Positions 38,911-50,567 of a stretch of DNA of 64,000 nucleotides are shown here, piece after piece. Under the pieces are notes generated by a model. The model had not been told where the DNA came from. It made no database searches and worked only from the letters and a program-made list of their open reading frames with translations. This DNA is from Octopus vulgaris (lineage: Eukaryota). Within the stretch, counting starts at the first letter, position 1; each line of letters opens with the position of its first letter. Both the position numbers and the translations under genes were made by a program. The DNA is taken from the NCBI GenBank assembly GCA_951406725.2, contig OX597819.1, forward strand, positions 14,012,001-14,076,000, read 5' to 3'.

Positions 38911-41664
38911 CTTGTTTTTATTCATTTTGTTTTGTTTTGGGTTTTTTTCTATGGTGGTTAACCTTGACAAACTGAACATATCTTCCAATTCTCCTACATT
39001 CAGGGTGTAAGGGGAAATGACAAACTCAGAGAAGCAACAGCGAAGTGAATCGTCTGCTGCCAATGAATAAATTAACAATCTGCTGAGATGTGTTGATCTC
39101 TCTGTTTCCCATAGTTTGTACGCCCGTACATGTGTTTTTCAGGATATTTATACGTATTCATGGCAGGGAGGGATATTCCCGAGGATTGATGTTATGAGGG
39201 GAAAAGGAAGATTTTGTAAAGGGGTGGATTAGTGGAGGGCAGACATGGTGATATTCATGACAACAGGAAGGGAGAATATTTCTTCAGTGACGAGATTTAA
39301 GGAGTTTCGGAATAGACGGTATCCAATTAGCTAGAAATACCAGCCAGACTTTTCTCAGTTCACACCTTACAATCTTTGAAATCGTATAAGCACATTGCAT
39401 TCAATAAGTTTTACATTAACATATGATATTAAATATGTTACGTTTGGGTGGTAGAAAGCGGGATGATAATAGCAAGAACACATTTGGTTTCATGAGCATA
39501 GGGAGTCAGGTCTGACCTAGGGTTAAATAATAACATAGGGTTTGTTTTAATTAAAATTATAATTTTTTTAATATTGCATTGAGAATCAGTCTAGCCGTGT
39601 GCTTACTGAAGTTTGACTTTGCCTGTCATCAATCTAGGCTCAATAAAATAGTATCAATCAAATATTGGAATCAATTCAATGAACTTAGTGGAAGTAGTTG
39701 ATAAAAAATCGATTGGTTTGGGAGAAAAATGATCTGTGATGGTTGTGAAGCATTTGAAGCAGAAAGAATTGAACACTCCATCTTGAAATGATGACTTTGT
39801 AAACGAGACTTGACTTCAATCCTAGCCATTTCTCTGCCTGAAAATGTTTGTAACATCTGCAAGTTGGATCTGTTTGTTCAAAGTCCTGACTTGATTGTCA
39901 TATGAGTTCAGTTATTGTGAAGAGATGGCCTTCCTCTGTAAAGAAGTGGAAATCACCACACATACACAAACACACTTTCTCATCAAAATTTGTGAAACAT
40001 TTTAGAGATTATTTTCTTAATGAATTTATTTTATTTTTTATTCAAATTCTATTTTATTCTTATCATTTTATTCAAATTCTATTTTATATACAGTTTTCTT
40101 TCAAACTTTTATTTCATTATCAAAAGATTTTTTTTTTTACCTCACTAGTGGAAATGAAAATCTGACAAAAATATTTTATCTCTTTCAGTTTAATTCAAAC
40201 CCCATTTCATATTCAAGGAATTTTACTTCATCATACTGAGGAATATCTTACCTTTTTGGAATACTATTCAAGGAAATTAAAAGTTATCCACTAGTTTTGC
40301 AGGTAAACCAGCAATTCCATATATATACATATATATAATAATGTGTGTTTTGACAAATGTCTGCTTCACTTACCACTTTTGTTCTCTGTGTATCTCGGAC
40401 CCTATGATGAATGTTTCATGAAGAAATGAAAATAGGTTATCTTAGAACCTTGATGTTTTGTTTTAGCCTACATCTTTTTTTGTAGGGTCCCTAACGACAG
40501 TGGGTAGGTGAGTGGGAAAAGGAAGAAGGAACCATGGTTCATTGAATGGGATCACCAGAACAGGTTTTTTAAGTTTCTTTTTTTAATCTGAGAACAGAGA
40601 CCTAATCCCAAAACCTGCAAGAAAGTTGATTCTGCTGAAAGGACCCAAGGCCTGGGTGGTGAGGCTTAAATCTTTGACCCTAAGAACAAGAATCAGTTCT
40701 GCTCATCTGACAGGTTTCTAGTTCAGTTTCCATTTCAGTAGTTAGAACGTTGGGCTCACAATTATGAGGTAGTGAGTTCGATTCTCAGACCAGACTGTGT
40801 GTTGTGTTCTTGAGCAAGATATTTTATTTCATGTTGCTCCAAATCACTAACCTGTAGAAATAAGTCACAACATCACAGGTGCCAAGCTGTATCAGCCTCT
40901 GCCTTTCCCTTGGATAACATCAGTGGTGTGGAGAGGAGAGGCTGGTGTGCATGGGCAAACTGCTGATCTTCCACAACCTTGCCAAGACTTGTGCTTTTGT
41001 GGGGGGGAACTTGCTTGGTGCAATCCCATGGTCATTCATGATTGAAGGGAGTCTTTACTTGGTTGACACAAAGCTATAATGGAAGATTCTTTCTCAAGGT
41101 ACCAGGCAGAGGAATTAAATTCAGAACTCCAGGATTTTGAAGTGAACTTTTTAACCAGCACACCTCCATTACAGTAAAATGCCTCAGTTTCTTACTTTCT
41201 CACCTGTTACATTTGTATCTAGGTACAAACATAAATTAACACATTAACTATCACAGCTGTTACTTAGTGGAAGTAGTTGATAAAAAATCGATTGGTTTGA
41301 GAGAAAAATTATCTGTGATGGTTGTGAAGCATTTGAAGCAGAAAGAATTGAACACTCCATCTTGAAATAATGACTTTGTAAACAAAACTTGACTTTAATC
41401 CTAGCCATTTCTCTGCCTCAAAATGTTTGTGCAAGGAATACGTTGATTATATCAACCACAGTCTTCAGTTGGTACTTATGTATCAATCCTGCGAGGATGA
41501 CAGGCAACCCTGGCGTAATTTGAACTCAGAATGTTAAGAAGAATGAAACACCACAAAGCATTTTGCCTGGCAGGCTAATGTTTCTGCCCATTCTCTGCCT
41601 TAAGTACCCGCTTAATTATGGTAAACTTATATCAGTAAATTCTTCATTATTTTGAAAAATTAAC

Positions 41665-41983
41665 TCCGTGCCGGTGGCATGTAAAAAGCACCATTCATGC
41701 GTGATCGTTACCAGCATCACCTTTCTAGCACTTGTGCAGGTGGCACATGAAAAAAACATTCGAGTGAGGTCGTTGCTAGTGCAGGCGGCACGTAAAAAAC
41801 ACCATTTGAGTGTGGCCGGTGTGGCCACTGTTGGAGTGGTTGGCATTAGGAAGGGCATCCAGCTGTAGAAACTCTGCCATATCAGATTGGAGCCTGGTGC
41901 AGCCATCTGATTTGCCAGTCCTCAGTCAAATCGTCCAACACATGCTAGCATGGAAAGCAGACGTTAAACAATGATGATGATGA
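41665..41983 (+). mobile_element. (GAT)n-tailed retro-repeat, same family as 463-810
   Basis: GGTGGCAYGTAAAAA units, GGAAGGGCATCCAGCTGTAGAAAC, (GAT)n tail. Confidence 0.75.
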
Positions 41984-42811
41984 TAACTGGAACAAAGGTA
42001 GAATATTTGAACAGAAATTTTGGTAATGAAAGGTTCCAATCATATACACCTGCTTGGTCCATTGTTGACCACTGGACTCCAGTATAAGGTACAATGCATT
42101 TCTTGGTTCAAGCAGCCTGACCCAAAATAGCATACCCTTTTAATTTATGTTAGAATGGTTAACAATAGGTAAAGGTGTGCTTTTGTGTCTTTGTTTTAAT
42201 CTCCTCTTTGCTATTTTAGGTCCTTCTCCCTTCATGCTGTTACTAACGACCCAACTGTGAAGTAGGACTGAAACCTGTCTGCATTGTTTTAGCCATCTAG
42301 ATTTTTTTTTTAAACTGACAAGGGATCCTTTACATGGTCACATGACTTCCAAGAGAAGGTAGTCAGATAGATAGATATGTGTGTGTGCTAAAGGTGAACA
42401 ATTTGAAACTTTGTAGTTAGTGTCCTTGTAATAGTTTAATAAGTACGTACTCTAGTATATATTAGTGTACTAGAGTATGTACTCTAGTACTCTATAAGTA
42501 TTGAGTAATCCTTCGGTTTAATGTTAAAATGTTTTTATATAAAACTTGACTTAGAAAACATTTATGTGTGTGTGTGTGTGTGTGTGTACATATATCAACG
42601 TCATTTCATATCCATTTTCTATGCTCGCTTGGGTTGGACACCGACAGGTGCTGGCAACCCGGAGAGCTGCATCAGGCTCCACTTGTCTGTTTTGGCATGG
42701 TTTCTATGGCTGGGTGCCTTTCATGTGGCACCAGCATGGGAGCTTTTTATGTGGCGCCAGGACAGGTGCTTTTTATGTGGGGCCAGCATGGGTGCTTTAT
42801 ATGTGTATATA

Positions 42812-42876
<65 letters not shown>

Positions 42877-43593
42877 GCACACACACATATATATATATAT
42901 ACTTTCTGAAATGAGGCAGATTTGAATTGTATTTCACAGAAATAAAACAAAATAATTATTGTAAAACGGGGAGGAGGAAATTGTGAAGCATTTTACTTTC
43001 TTTTTTTTTATTATTATTTTTTGGGGTGAAGATGGACTTACTTGAACACACACGCAGAGTGCATTCATGCATGGCTTGTGTGTGACTTAGAAACCACCTT
43101 TTTTTTTTGTTTACCTTCCTTTAAGCAAGCACCCATTGGTGTTTAGCCGACACAGAGCTTGCAATAGGAGGAACCCTTTCTGATAAGTTTTTGAAATCAT
43201 TGTAAGTAATAAACGCAGCCACCCACCCCTCTAACTAACGATGATGTGAGTTGGTAAGGAAGTTAGTCATCTTTTATGTGAGTCTCGTTAAAGTCTTTGA
43301 AACTTGCAGTAATTAATAACCCTATTCAGGATCATCTCTGACCTATATCAAGCCTGCCAGATCATGTCTAAAAATAAATTAAACCCTTCCCACCTTTATT
43401 TTTACCTTCTGGTTTTCTTCTGCTCTTTGCTTTATATATTTTGTCATGTATTTTATTTTTCTTATATATTTCTTTTTCAATTTATTTTCTCAAATTTTAA
43501 CTTCTGTCGCCATTCTGTTCGCATTCAGTGGTTTTGTTCATATGATATACAGTCAACAAATATTACATATACATACATATACACATGCATACA

Positions 43594-43627
<34 letters not shown>

Positions 43628-43900
43628 GTGTTTTTACACCTTTTACCATAAAGAGAATTTCTTCTCCACAGTAACTGCATTGAATTTACCTTTAGGCATT
43701 GAAATATGTCACAAACATGTCTTAACTAATTTAAAGTTCACTTATGCCAGAACTCTGCTTGGTGCTGATACCAACAAATATATATATATATATTATATTA
43801 AATTAGAGACAAAACCACTATTATGCAAATCAAACAAAGAAAGACTTAAGCCAATACATAAAATAATTTATATAAATTTAGAAATTTAACAATTATAAAT

Positions 43901-43961
43901 AACCACTACGATCGTTTCATGTCTTATTTCAGCACATCTTTGAGACATTCTTCAGGTGGTT
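43901..43961 (-). ncRNA. Minimal type I hammerhead ribozyme
   Basis: AACCAC-CTGAAGA-ATGTCT(loop)AGACAT-GAAAC-GATC-GTA-GTGGTT: 6-bp stem I, 6-bp stem II, palindromic short stem III, full core. Confidence 0.85.
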
Positions 43962-44018
43962 TCAAAACCTTCTTGGCGAGTTTTAAACTATGTTTTAAAC
44001 TCGCCAAGAAGGTTTTGA

Positions 44019-44062
44019 AACCACCTGAAGAATGTCTCAAAGATGAAACGATCGTAGTGGTT
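44019..44062 (+). ncRNA. Mirror-copy hammerhead with a 17-nt deletion in stem II
   Basis: AACCAC-CTGAAGA-ATGTCTCAAAGAT-GAAAC-GATC-GTA-GTGGTT; core and stems I and III intact, stem II damaged. Confidence 0.6.
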
Positions 44063-44256
44063 ATTTATAATTGTTAAATTTCTAAATTTATATAAATTAT
44101 TTTATGTATTGGCTTAAGTCTTTCTTTGTTTGATTTGCATAATAGTGGTTTTGTCTCTAATTTAATATAATATAATATAATATTTTACTATAAAATTGGA
44201 TTCAATCCTAAATCTGATTTTTCCCTGTAAATTTGGATTTATTCCCTAATATTTAT

Positions 44257-44289
<33 letters not shown>

Positions 44290-44311
<22 letters not shown>

Positions 44312-44655
44312 AAGAATAAAGAGAAAATGGAGAAGATTATTTATTAATTATAAAACATGACAAAATCTCTGACAGCTGTTTCAATACAGAAATCTTTAGA
44401 TAATTAATTTATAAAATTAAGATCATTATAAGATGAAGCTCTTCAGAGGTAGTAAAGATATACTGATCAGAAATACTTGTTGAGATAATGGCTATAAAAC
44501 CATTATATAGAAAAAGAGCTGGTTATAGAAGGCCTCGATCTAACACAGGGGGTTTATATGGTGACCTTATAGTTGAACTCTCTATAGATTGATAACTAAC
44601 CAGTATTTTCATTGGAATTATTATCCCTTAATGAGGTTTATTACCTTTACTTGAT
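44290..44655 (-). mobile_element. (TA)n-embedded element with degenerate hammerhead
   Basis: Minus strand CTGAAGA (44446-44440), a long AT-rich hairpin, then GAAAC-AGCT-GTC (44382-44371); stem I only about 2 bp. Confidence 0.5.
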
Positions 44656-44670
44656 TATATATATATATAT

Positions 44671-44867
44671 AACATGATTGATTGCTAGCCACTAAACCTT
44701 TTTTATTTTCTCTCTCTGCTTATTTTTGTGTTCCTTTCTGTAGAAGAGCGTAGGCTTGAAACGTAAAAGACTTTTTCACTTCCTGAACATTAAACTAATA
44801 CATCTATTTGTTGTTTGTGTAAACAAACCCGTCTTTGTCTTTTGTTTTGTTTTGTTGTAAATTCCAA

Positions 44868-44870
<3 letters not shown>
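44671..44870 (+). mobile_element. (TA)n-embedded short element with hammerhead-like motif, copy 3
   Basis: CTTT-CTGTAGA-A-GAGC.GTAG.GCTT-GAAAC-GTA-AAAG at 44734-44769; homologous to 15309 and 28309. Confidence 0.68.
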
Positions 44871-44909
<39 letters not shown>

Positions 44910-45183
44910 GTGATCACGTGACCGACCAGACCATCAGATGTTTTACACATCGCTGGTCACAATGCGTTCGCACTGTTTTAGCCTTCAAATGACGCCACCC
45001 TGCTGGCTAAGCGAGCAGGCCAACAGAAGAAAGAGAGAAAGAGTGGAGCAGGGATCACCACCCCCTGCCGGAGCGTCATGGAGGTTTTAGGTGTTTTCGC
45101 TCAATAAACACTCGCAACGCCCAGTCTGGGAATCGAAATCGCGATCCTATGACCACGAGTTTGCTGCCCTACCCACTGGGCCA
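44910..45183 (-). mobile_element. SINE family C, tail type 2
   Basis: Family C head followed by GGCCTGCTCGCTTAGCCAGC..ATTGTGACCAGCGATGTG..GGTCGGTCACGTGAT. Confidence 0.85.
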
Positions 45184-45788
45184 TATACATATATATATAT
45201 ATTTGTCCACTCACACACATATGTGAGTGAGTGGACAAATGAAAGAACAACACGTTTATTAGGATTTACATGTGTTATTCAAAACAGACCTAAGGAGACC
45301 GGCTCCATTAGGGGCCTGCGAAACTTGAAGTAGCATGGAATCTGAATCAAACTGTTTCAAATAATGTATGTATGTATGTGCTTACATATGTGATTGCTGT
45401 CTCTTGCGCTTCCTCATTCTCATTGACATTTCTGACTTTTGGTCCGTGACTTCTCAGATGATTATTCCTGCTGCAGATCTGCATGGCCTACTGGTCAGGT
45501 CTGCACACATCGTTACTCTTCCATCGCCATAGGATTTCAGTTGATGGTATGACAAATGACAAATGATGTCACCATAAAGAAACATCTGTACGTCATTGGA
45601 TTATGTTGATAAATGCTTGTACAACATGAGTGCCACTCTCTAAATCTCTGTGGTTTGTGCCTAGGGACAGGCTGAAGTGAGATGACTAGTAATCCTGTGA
45701 AACTAAAGGTTTTACATCAGTCTCCCGCTCCATGAAGGATGCTGTAACAGCCAGGGGTCCCTCACTCCTGTTGGTTTTATTGTGCACA

Positions 45789-46101
45789 GCTGTCAGATGG
45801 GTGTTGATTCAACAGAGTTTATTTGTCCTTTAATGGGTTTTGTTTCTCATATGTCCTATGAGAATCACTACCCTTACCAAGTAGGCTTGGTAGGGTTGCC
45901 AGTGTAGTTTCCGATTGTGCAACCATGTGACATGTTGTCCTGGGCTGTCAGATGGGTGTTGATTCAACAGAGTTTATTTGTCCTTTAACGGGTTTTGTTT
46001 CTCATATGTCCTATGAGAATCACTACCCTTACCAAGTAGGCTTGGTAGGGTTGCCAGTGTAGTTTCCGATTGTGCAACCATGTGACATGTTGTCCTGGGC
46101 T
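45789..46101. repeat. Near-identical 155-bp tandem duplication
   Basis: GCTGTCAGATGGGTG..CATGTTGTCCTGG twice, with one visible mismatch (TAATGGG/TAACGGG). Confidence 0.92.
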
Positions 46102-46646
46102 ACATGTTACTGGTTGCATTAAGAGTAACACACTCACCTTACTGTCTTAGGAAAAGAAGAACTCATCGAATAGTGTAGTCCTAGATGCACCATGGTCACA
46201 GCATAAACACACTAGATGTTGTCCTAGGTATTCAGTGTTCAAAAGATGTATGATCAAAGTAGTCTTATAGTCTATGACTGGCTCATTAGATAATATATTC
46301 CTAAGTAGTCAATGTCTGTAAAGAAAATGGATGTTCACGAAATATTATCCTTATAGATCTGCTTGGTCAGGACTTAAATGGGGTTAAAAGAATAAACAAG
46401 AAGAACAACAACAACCTAGGGCAATAATTAATGACAATACTTCCCTATTTTAATCTGAGAACATTGCGTAAAATGCCTTCCACATTTTGGTCATGGCTCT
46501 TTACATTCTGGGTTCAAATCACTCCAAGGTCGACTTTGCATTCTCCAGGGGAATCAAGTACTAATAAAGTATTTGGGTTGATGGCATCAAGTACTGCCCC
46601 TCCTCTCCAAATTGCTGACTTGTGCCTAAATCACAAACTGTTATTG

Positions 46647-46684
<38 letters not shown>

Positions 46685-47240
46685 GAGTGAGAGAGCAGTG
46701 CGTGCAGTCAAAGTGACACTGGGGTAAAATGTACGAAGCCCAGTATACCCATCATGACTACCCGTCTGATAAGGGTACACTAGGCACATGCATCACAACC
46801 ATATGTGCACAACATGGTGATCTCATATCAAGATAAACAGCGCATGACCTTGCAGGTGGGGCCCAGTTAGAATTTTCTTCTAGTCGAGTAGCCCATCCCG
46901 CTCAAAAGGTCCCTGAATAAGGTTTGTTTAAGGATGTTGAATGAACCACCCATGTTTCCAAAGGTAAATTATTCAAACCCCAAAGAATCCCTCTCAACAC
47001 ATGGCTATCATGCTCCCCCAATATTCCTGCTCGTGATCAGAGATGCACATATCGTCAGCCACTAAGGGACATGCTCAACTGGTTATGGTCAAGCAACTGA
47101 CAAGCAAATCTGTGGTATTGAGCAGAATATTTGCTGTAGCCCATCTTTTATATCAAGACAAAACAATGTACATGATAACACTTCCAATCAGTTAAGATCA
47201 GAAGCCATGAGAGCCACTGCCTGGTACTGCATCAGGGCAT
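46685..47240. mobile_element. Non-coding 556-bp insert inside a (TTA)n tract
   Basis: Complex sequence bounded sharply by (TTA)n on both sides; no ORF, tRNA head or TIR recognised. Confidence 0.6.
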
Positions 47241-47777
47241 TTATTATTATTATTATTATTAAATACTCCGTTAAGGTGGCAAGCTGGCCGAATCGTTAGC
47301 ATGCCAGGCAAAATGCTTAGCAGTATTTCGTCTGTTTGCGAGTTCAAATTCTGCTGAGGTCAACTTTTTCTTTCAGCCTTTTTGGTGTTGATAAATTAAG
47401 TACCAGTGAAACACTGGGGGTTGATGTAATCAACTAGTCCCCTACTCCAAATTTCAGGCCTTGTACCTTTAATAGAAAGCATTATCATTATGGTTATGAT
47501 GTTGTACCTGACAAAATGCCTTCACTAGTGTGGCATGGATGGGTGATTTTTCTGTCAGACTTTGTATTTTCAGTGACAAGTAGCATTATTTGTGGTGTAT
47601 TATGTCAGTGACCTTGGTAAAGTAGATAAGGGTGTTATCACCCTTAGAAATAGTTTAGAAATTAGGATTATTAGTTCAAATCTAAATATATACGTCCAGG
47701 CATAAGATAACAAATGATGATCAATAACTAAATGGATTAAAACAAAATGTACTAAATATATACATACATCTATACTT

Positions 47778-47812
<35 letters not shown>

Positions 47813-47813
<1 letters not shown>

Positions 47814-48212
47814 TAGCAGTATCACCCGGTGTTGCTCGGGTTTGTAAAGGAAATAACTATATAAGCATTTTTAGAGAGTTATAAGCCAAAAAATAGCCCA
47901 AAAAATGCATTAAAAATGGGAAAAAAATGATGGTAAATTTTTTTTAAATCGTTGACTCATCGTAGACATTTTTAGAGAGTTACTTCCCTTATATAATAGC
48001 GAAAAAAATGCATTAAAATGGAAAAAAATTATGGTAAATTTTTTTTTAAATCGTAGACTCATCGTAGACGCGCGCTAATACCCAGAAGGGCTCGATATGA
48101 ATCACGACTATAAGATACCCGTTTTTGGTTAAACTGCACCGCAAAATGTGGGAGTAGTTAGGAATCTAAATCGTAGGAGACAGACACACAACTTCACTTT
48201 TATATATAAAGA
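47813..48212 (-). mobile_element. Non-autonomous Helitron
   Basis: Reverse complement of the 2212 family, inserted in (TA)n. Confidence 0.9.
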
Positions 48213-48228
48213 TATATATATATATATA

Positions 48229-48790
48229 CTGGCAGCTAAGCCCGGTTTCACCTTGTCGGTTTGGCTGATGTGGCTGTAAAACCTGCTCTGTGTAAACATT
48301 CGACATGTTTGGGCATGCTTACGTTAAAAAACAATTTTAGAATGACTTTTTTTTTTCTGTCAAAACACTAAAAATAACGGACCGAAAAAAGAAGAAAAAA
48401 AAACAACCAAGATTCAACCAAGTCAAAAAATAAACCTAAATACTAAACGAACAAAGATGAACCAACCCACTTCCATTGTGTGCACATACATACACAACAC
48501 AAACACACACACACATGCACACACCCCACTTTTACATATACACACATATATTCACACAGAGTTGAAATGCTCACCCCTTCCTTCCTTATTCATCTATCAC
48601 CCCTTCCTTTCTCATTCATAAACACAAGAGTATTATTATAGTAGATTATCTCGGTAACCATGGGAGCTATGAAAAAATCACCACTGGATCATTCTACACA
48701 TGTGTAATTTTTCGTGCAATTCCACCCAACCGTTTCACTGTGAATCCCAAGACAAGAAGGAATTGCCCATGTCGAATTTATATGTATAGA
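48229..48790 (-). mobile_element. Second non-autonomous Helitron family
   Basis: Minus strand A|TCTATACATATAAA start and GAAACCGGGCTTAGCTGCCAG|T end; an internal second 5'-like terminus TCTACTATATAATAATA near 48630-48646. Confidence 0.65.
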
Positions 48791-49192
48791 TGTGTATGAA
48801 TTAAACATGTGTATTAAATATAAACATGAGTGTATTTGTGTGTGTGTGTGTGTGTGTTATTAAAAAGTGTTTCATTCATAGTTTGAAAAATTGAAAACCT
48901 TTTTAACAGTTCATTTCAGTTATTTTATATTTTAGATATTAGTTGAATATTCTGTTGTGTATCCTCAAGTCAGCTTGAATCAAATATACTAGGAGACACT
49001 CAGAGGAAAATTGAAGTTGATTTGACTATTATTTCTAGCTGATTGATTGACTTGTATCACGGGTCTTCTTTTATTGGTACTGTTGTTGGTGTTATTGTTT
49101 AACCCCTGGTCAACCTTCATTGAGTAGACATACAATCAAACTTATTCCAGACATGACCATCCTGTTATCTTTGGAATACCATGGACCATATC

Positions 49193-49563
49193 TATTTCTT
49201 TACTGCCCACAAGGGGCTAAACACAGAGAGGAAAAACAAGGACAGACAAAGGGATTAAGTCGATTATATCGACCCCAGTGCGTAACTGGTACTTAATTTA
49301 TCGACCCCGAAAGGATGAAAGGTAAAGTCGACCTCGGCGGAATTTGAACTCAGAACGTAGCGGCAGACGAAATACCGCTAAGCATTTCGCCCGACGTGCT
49401 AACGATTCTGCCAGCTCGCCGCCTTTGGACCATATCATTAGCTATATAGGTTATGGCAAGGTAAAGTCGACCTCGGCGGAATTTGAACTCAGAACGTAGC
49501 GGCAGACGAAATACCGCTAAGCATTTCGCCCGACGTGCTAACGATTCTGCCAGCTCGCCGCCT
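49193..49563 (-). mobile_element. SINE family B with duplicated head and flank
   Basis: TSD TGGACCATATC; about 124 bp including flank repeated at 49319-49442 and 49458-49581. Confidence 0.88.
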
Positions 49564-49958
49564 TTGGACCATATCATTAGCCAGTGTGTCCCTTCTATTT
49601 TGAAGACAGTAGGGTGTGATATGAGGGAGATTTGCCTACTATTTTTATCTGAAGAGACTCCCTTGTTGGCTTGGTGTTATTTTAAGCAGTGGATGGTCTA
49701 CATTTTAATGTTGAGGTATCTGACCAATGCTAAATCATTGCCCATTGTCTGCTTTCTATGCTAGCATGGGTTGGATGAATGACTGAGGGCTGGCGAACCA
49801 GATGGCTGCACCAGGCTTCAATCTTGATCTGGCAGAGTTTCTACAGCTGGATGCCCTTCCTAATGCCTGTATTTCTGAACAAGGAATAGTTAATGTAGTG
49901 CAATTACCTAGAGGTTCTGAGTTCAATCCTAGGCAAGGCACTAAGGTGAATCGCAAGA

Positions 49959-49999
49959 CACCTGAAGAAGGCTGGAGCATACACAGCTGAAATGTAGTG
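49959..49999 (+). ncRNA. Hammerhead-like motif downstream of a B-box-like sequence
   Basis: CAC-CTGAAGA-A-GGCTG(loop)CAGCT-GAAAT-GTA-GTG; GAGTTCAATCCT at 49919-49930. Confidence 0.5.
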
Positions 50000-50358
50000 A
50001 AAAATGTATTAAAAAAAAAAATAAATAAATATTGGGTTTATTATTATTGAAATTACTCAGAGCTGAGTCTGGGCCTACCAGTGACAAGTAGCTCTGAGCA
50101 AAGGTTATCTAAGTTACCTTTCCTCTCTCTCTCTCTCCCCCTCTCTCTCTCTCACACACTCTCTCTCTCTCTCTATCTCTATCTCTCCCCCCCTCACACT
50201 TTCTGTACATACAATCCCATTTTTTTAGGCATAGTCCATCTCGGTCTATGTTATCTAATGTGCTTTTTCTATATTGAGAAGGTAGGATGTGCTTGAATGA
50301 AATTTTAGCTGCTATATATAGCAGATCAATTAGCCTCATTTGTCTTAGTATTATTTTT

Positions 50359-50567
50359 TATTTCTTTACTACCCACAAGGGGCTAAACACAGAGGGGACA
50401 AACAAGGACAGATATCGACTCCAGTGCGTAACTGGTACTTAATTTATCAACCCCGAAAGGATGAAAGGCAAAGTCGACCTCGGCGGAATTTGAACTCAAA
50501 ACGTAACGGCAGACGAAATATGGCTACGCATTTCGCCCAGCGTGCTAACGTTTCTGCCAGCTCGCCT
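50359..50567 (-). mobile_element. SINE family B
   Basis: Consensus match with a short deletion. Confidence 0.88.

Larger units (their letters stand above)
43790..44260. mobile_element. (TA)n-embedded fold-back element carrying hammerhead ribozymes (Penelope pLTR-like)
   Basis: Near-perfect palindrome 43790-44172 centred near 43990, plus an unpaired extension of about 85 bp; (TA)n on both sides. Confidence 0.85.

Noticed and set aside
40398-40490. C/D snoRNA starting at ATGATGA
   Set aside because: No terminal CTGA box D; GGACCCTA/TAGGGTCC looks more like a small inverted repeat
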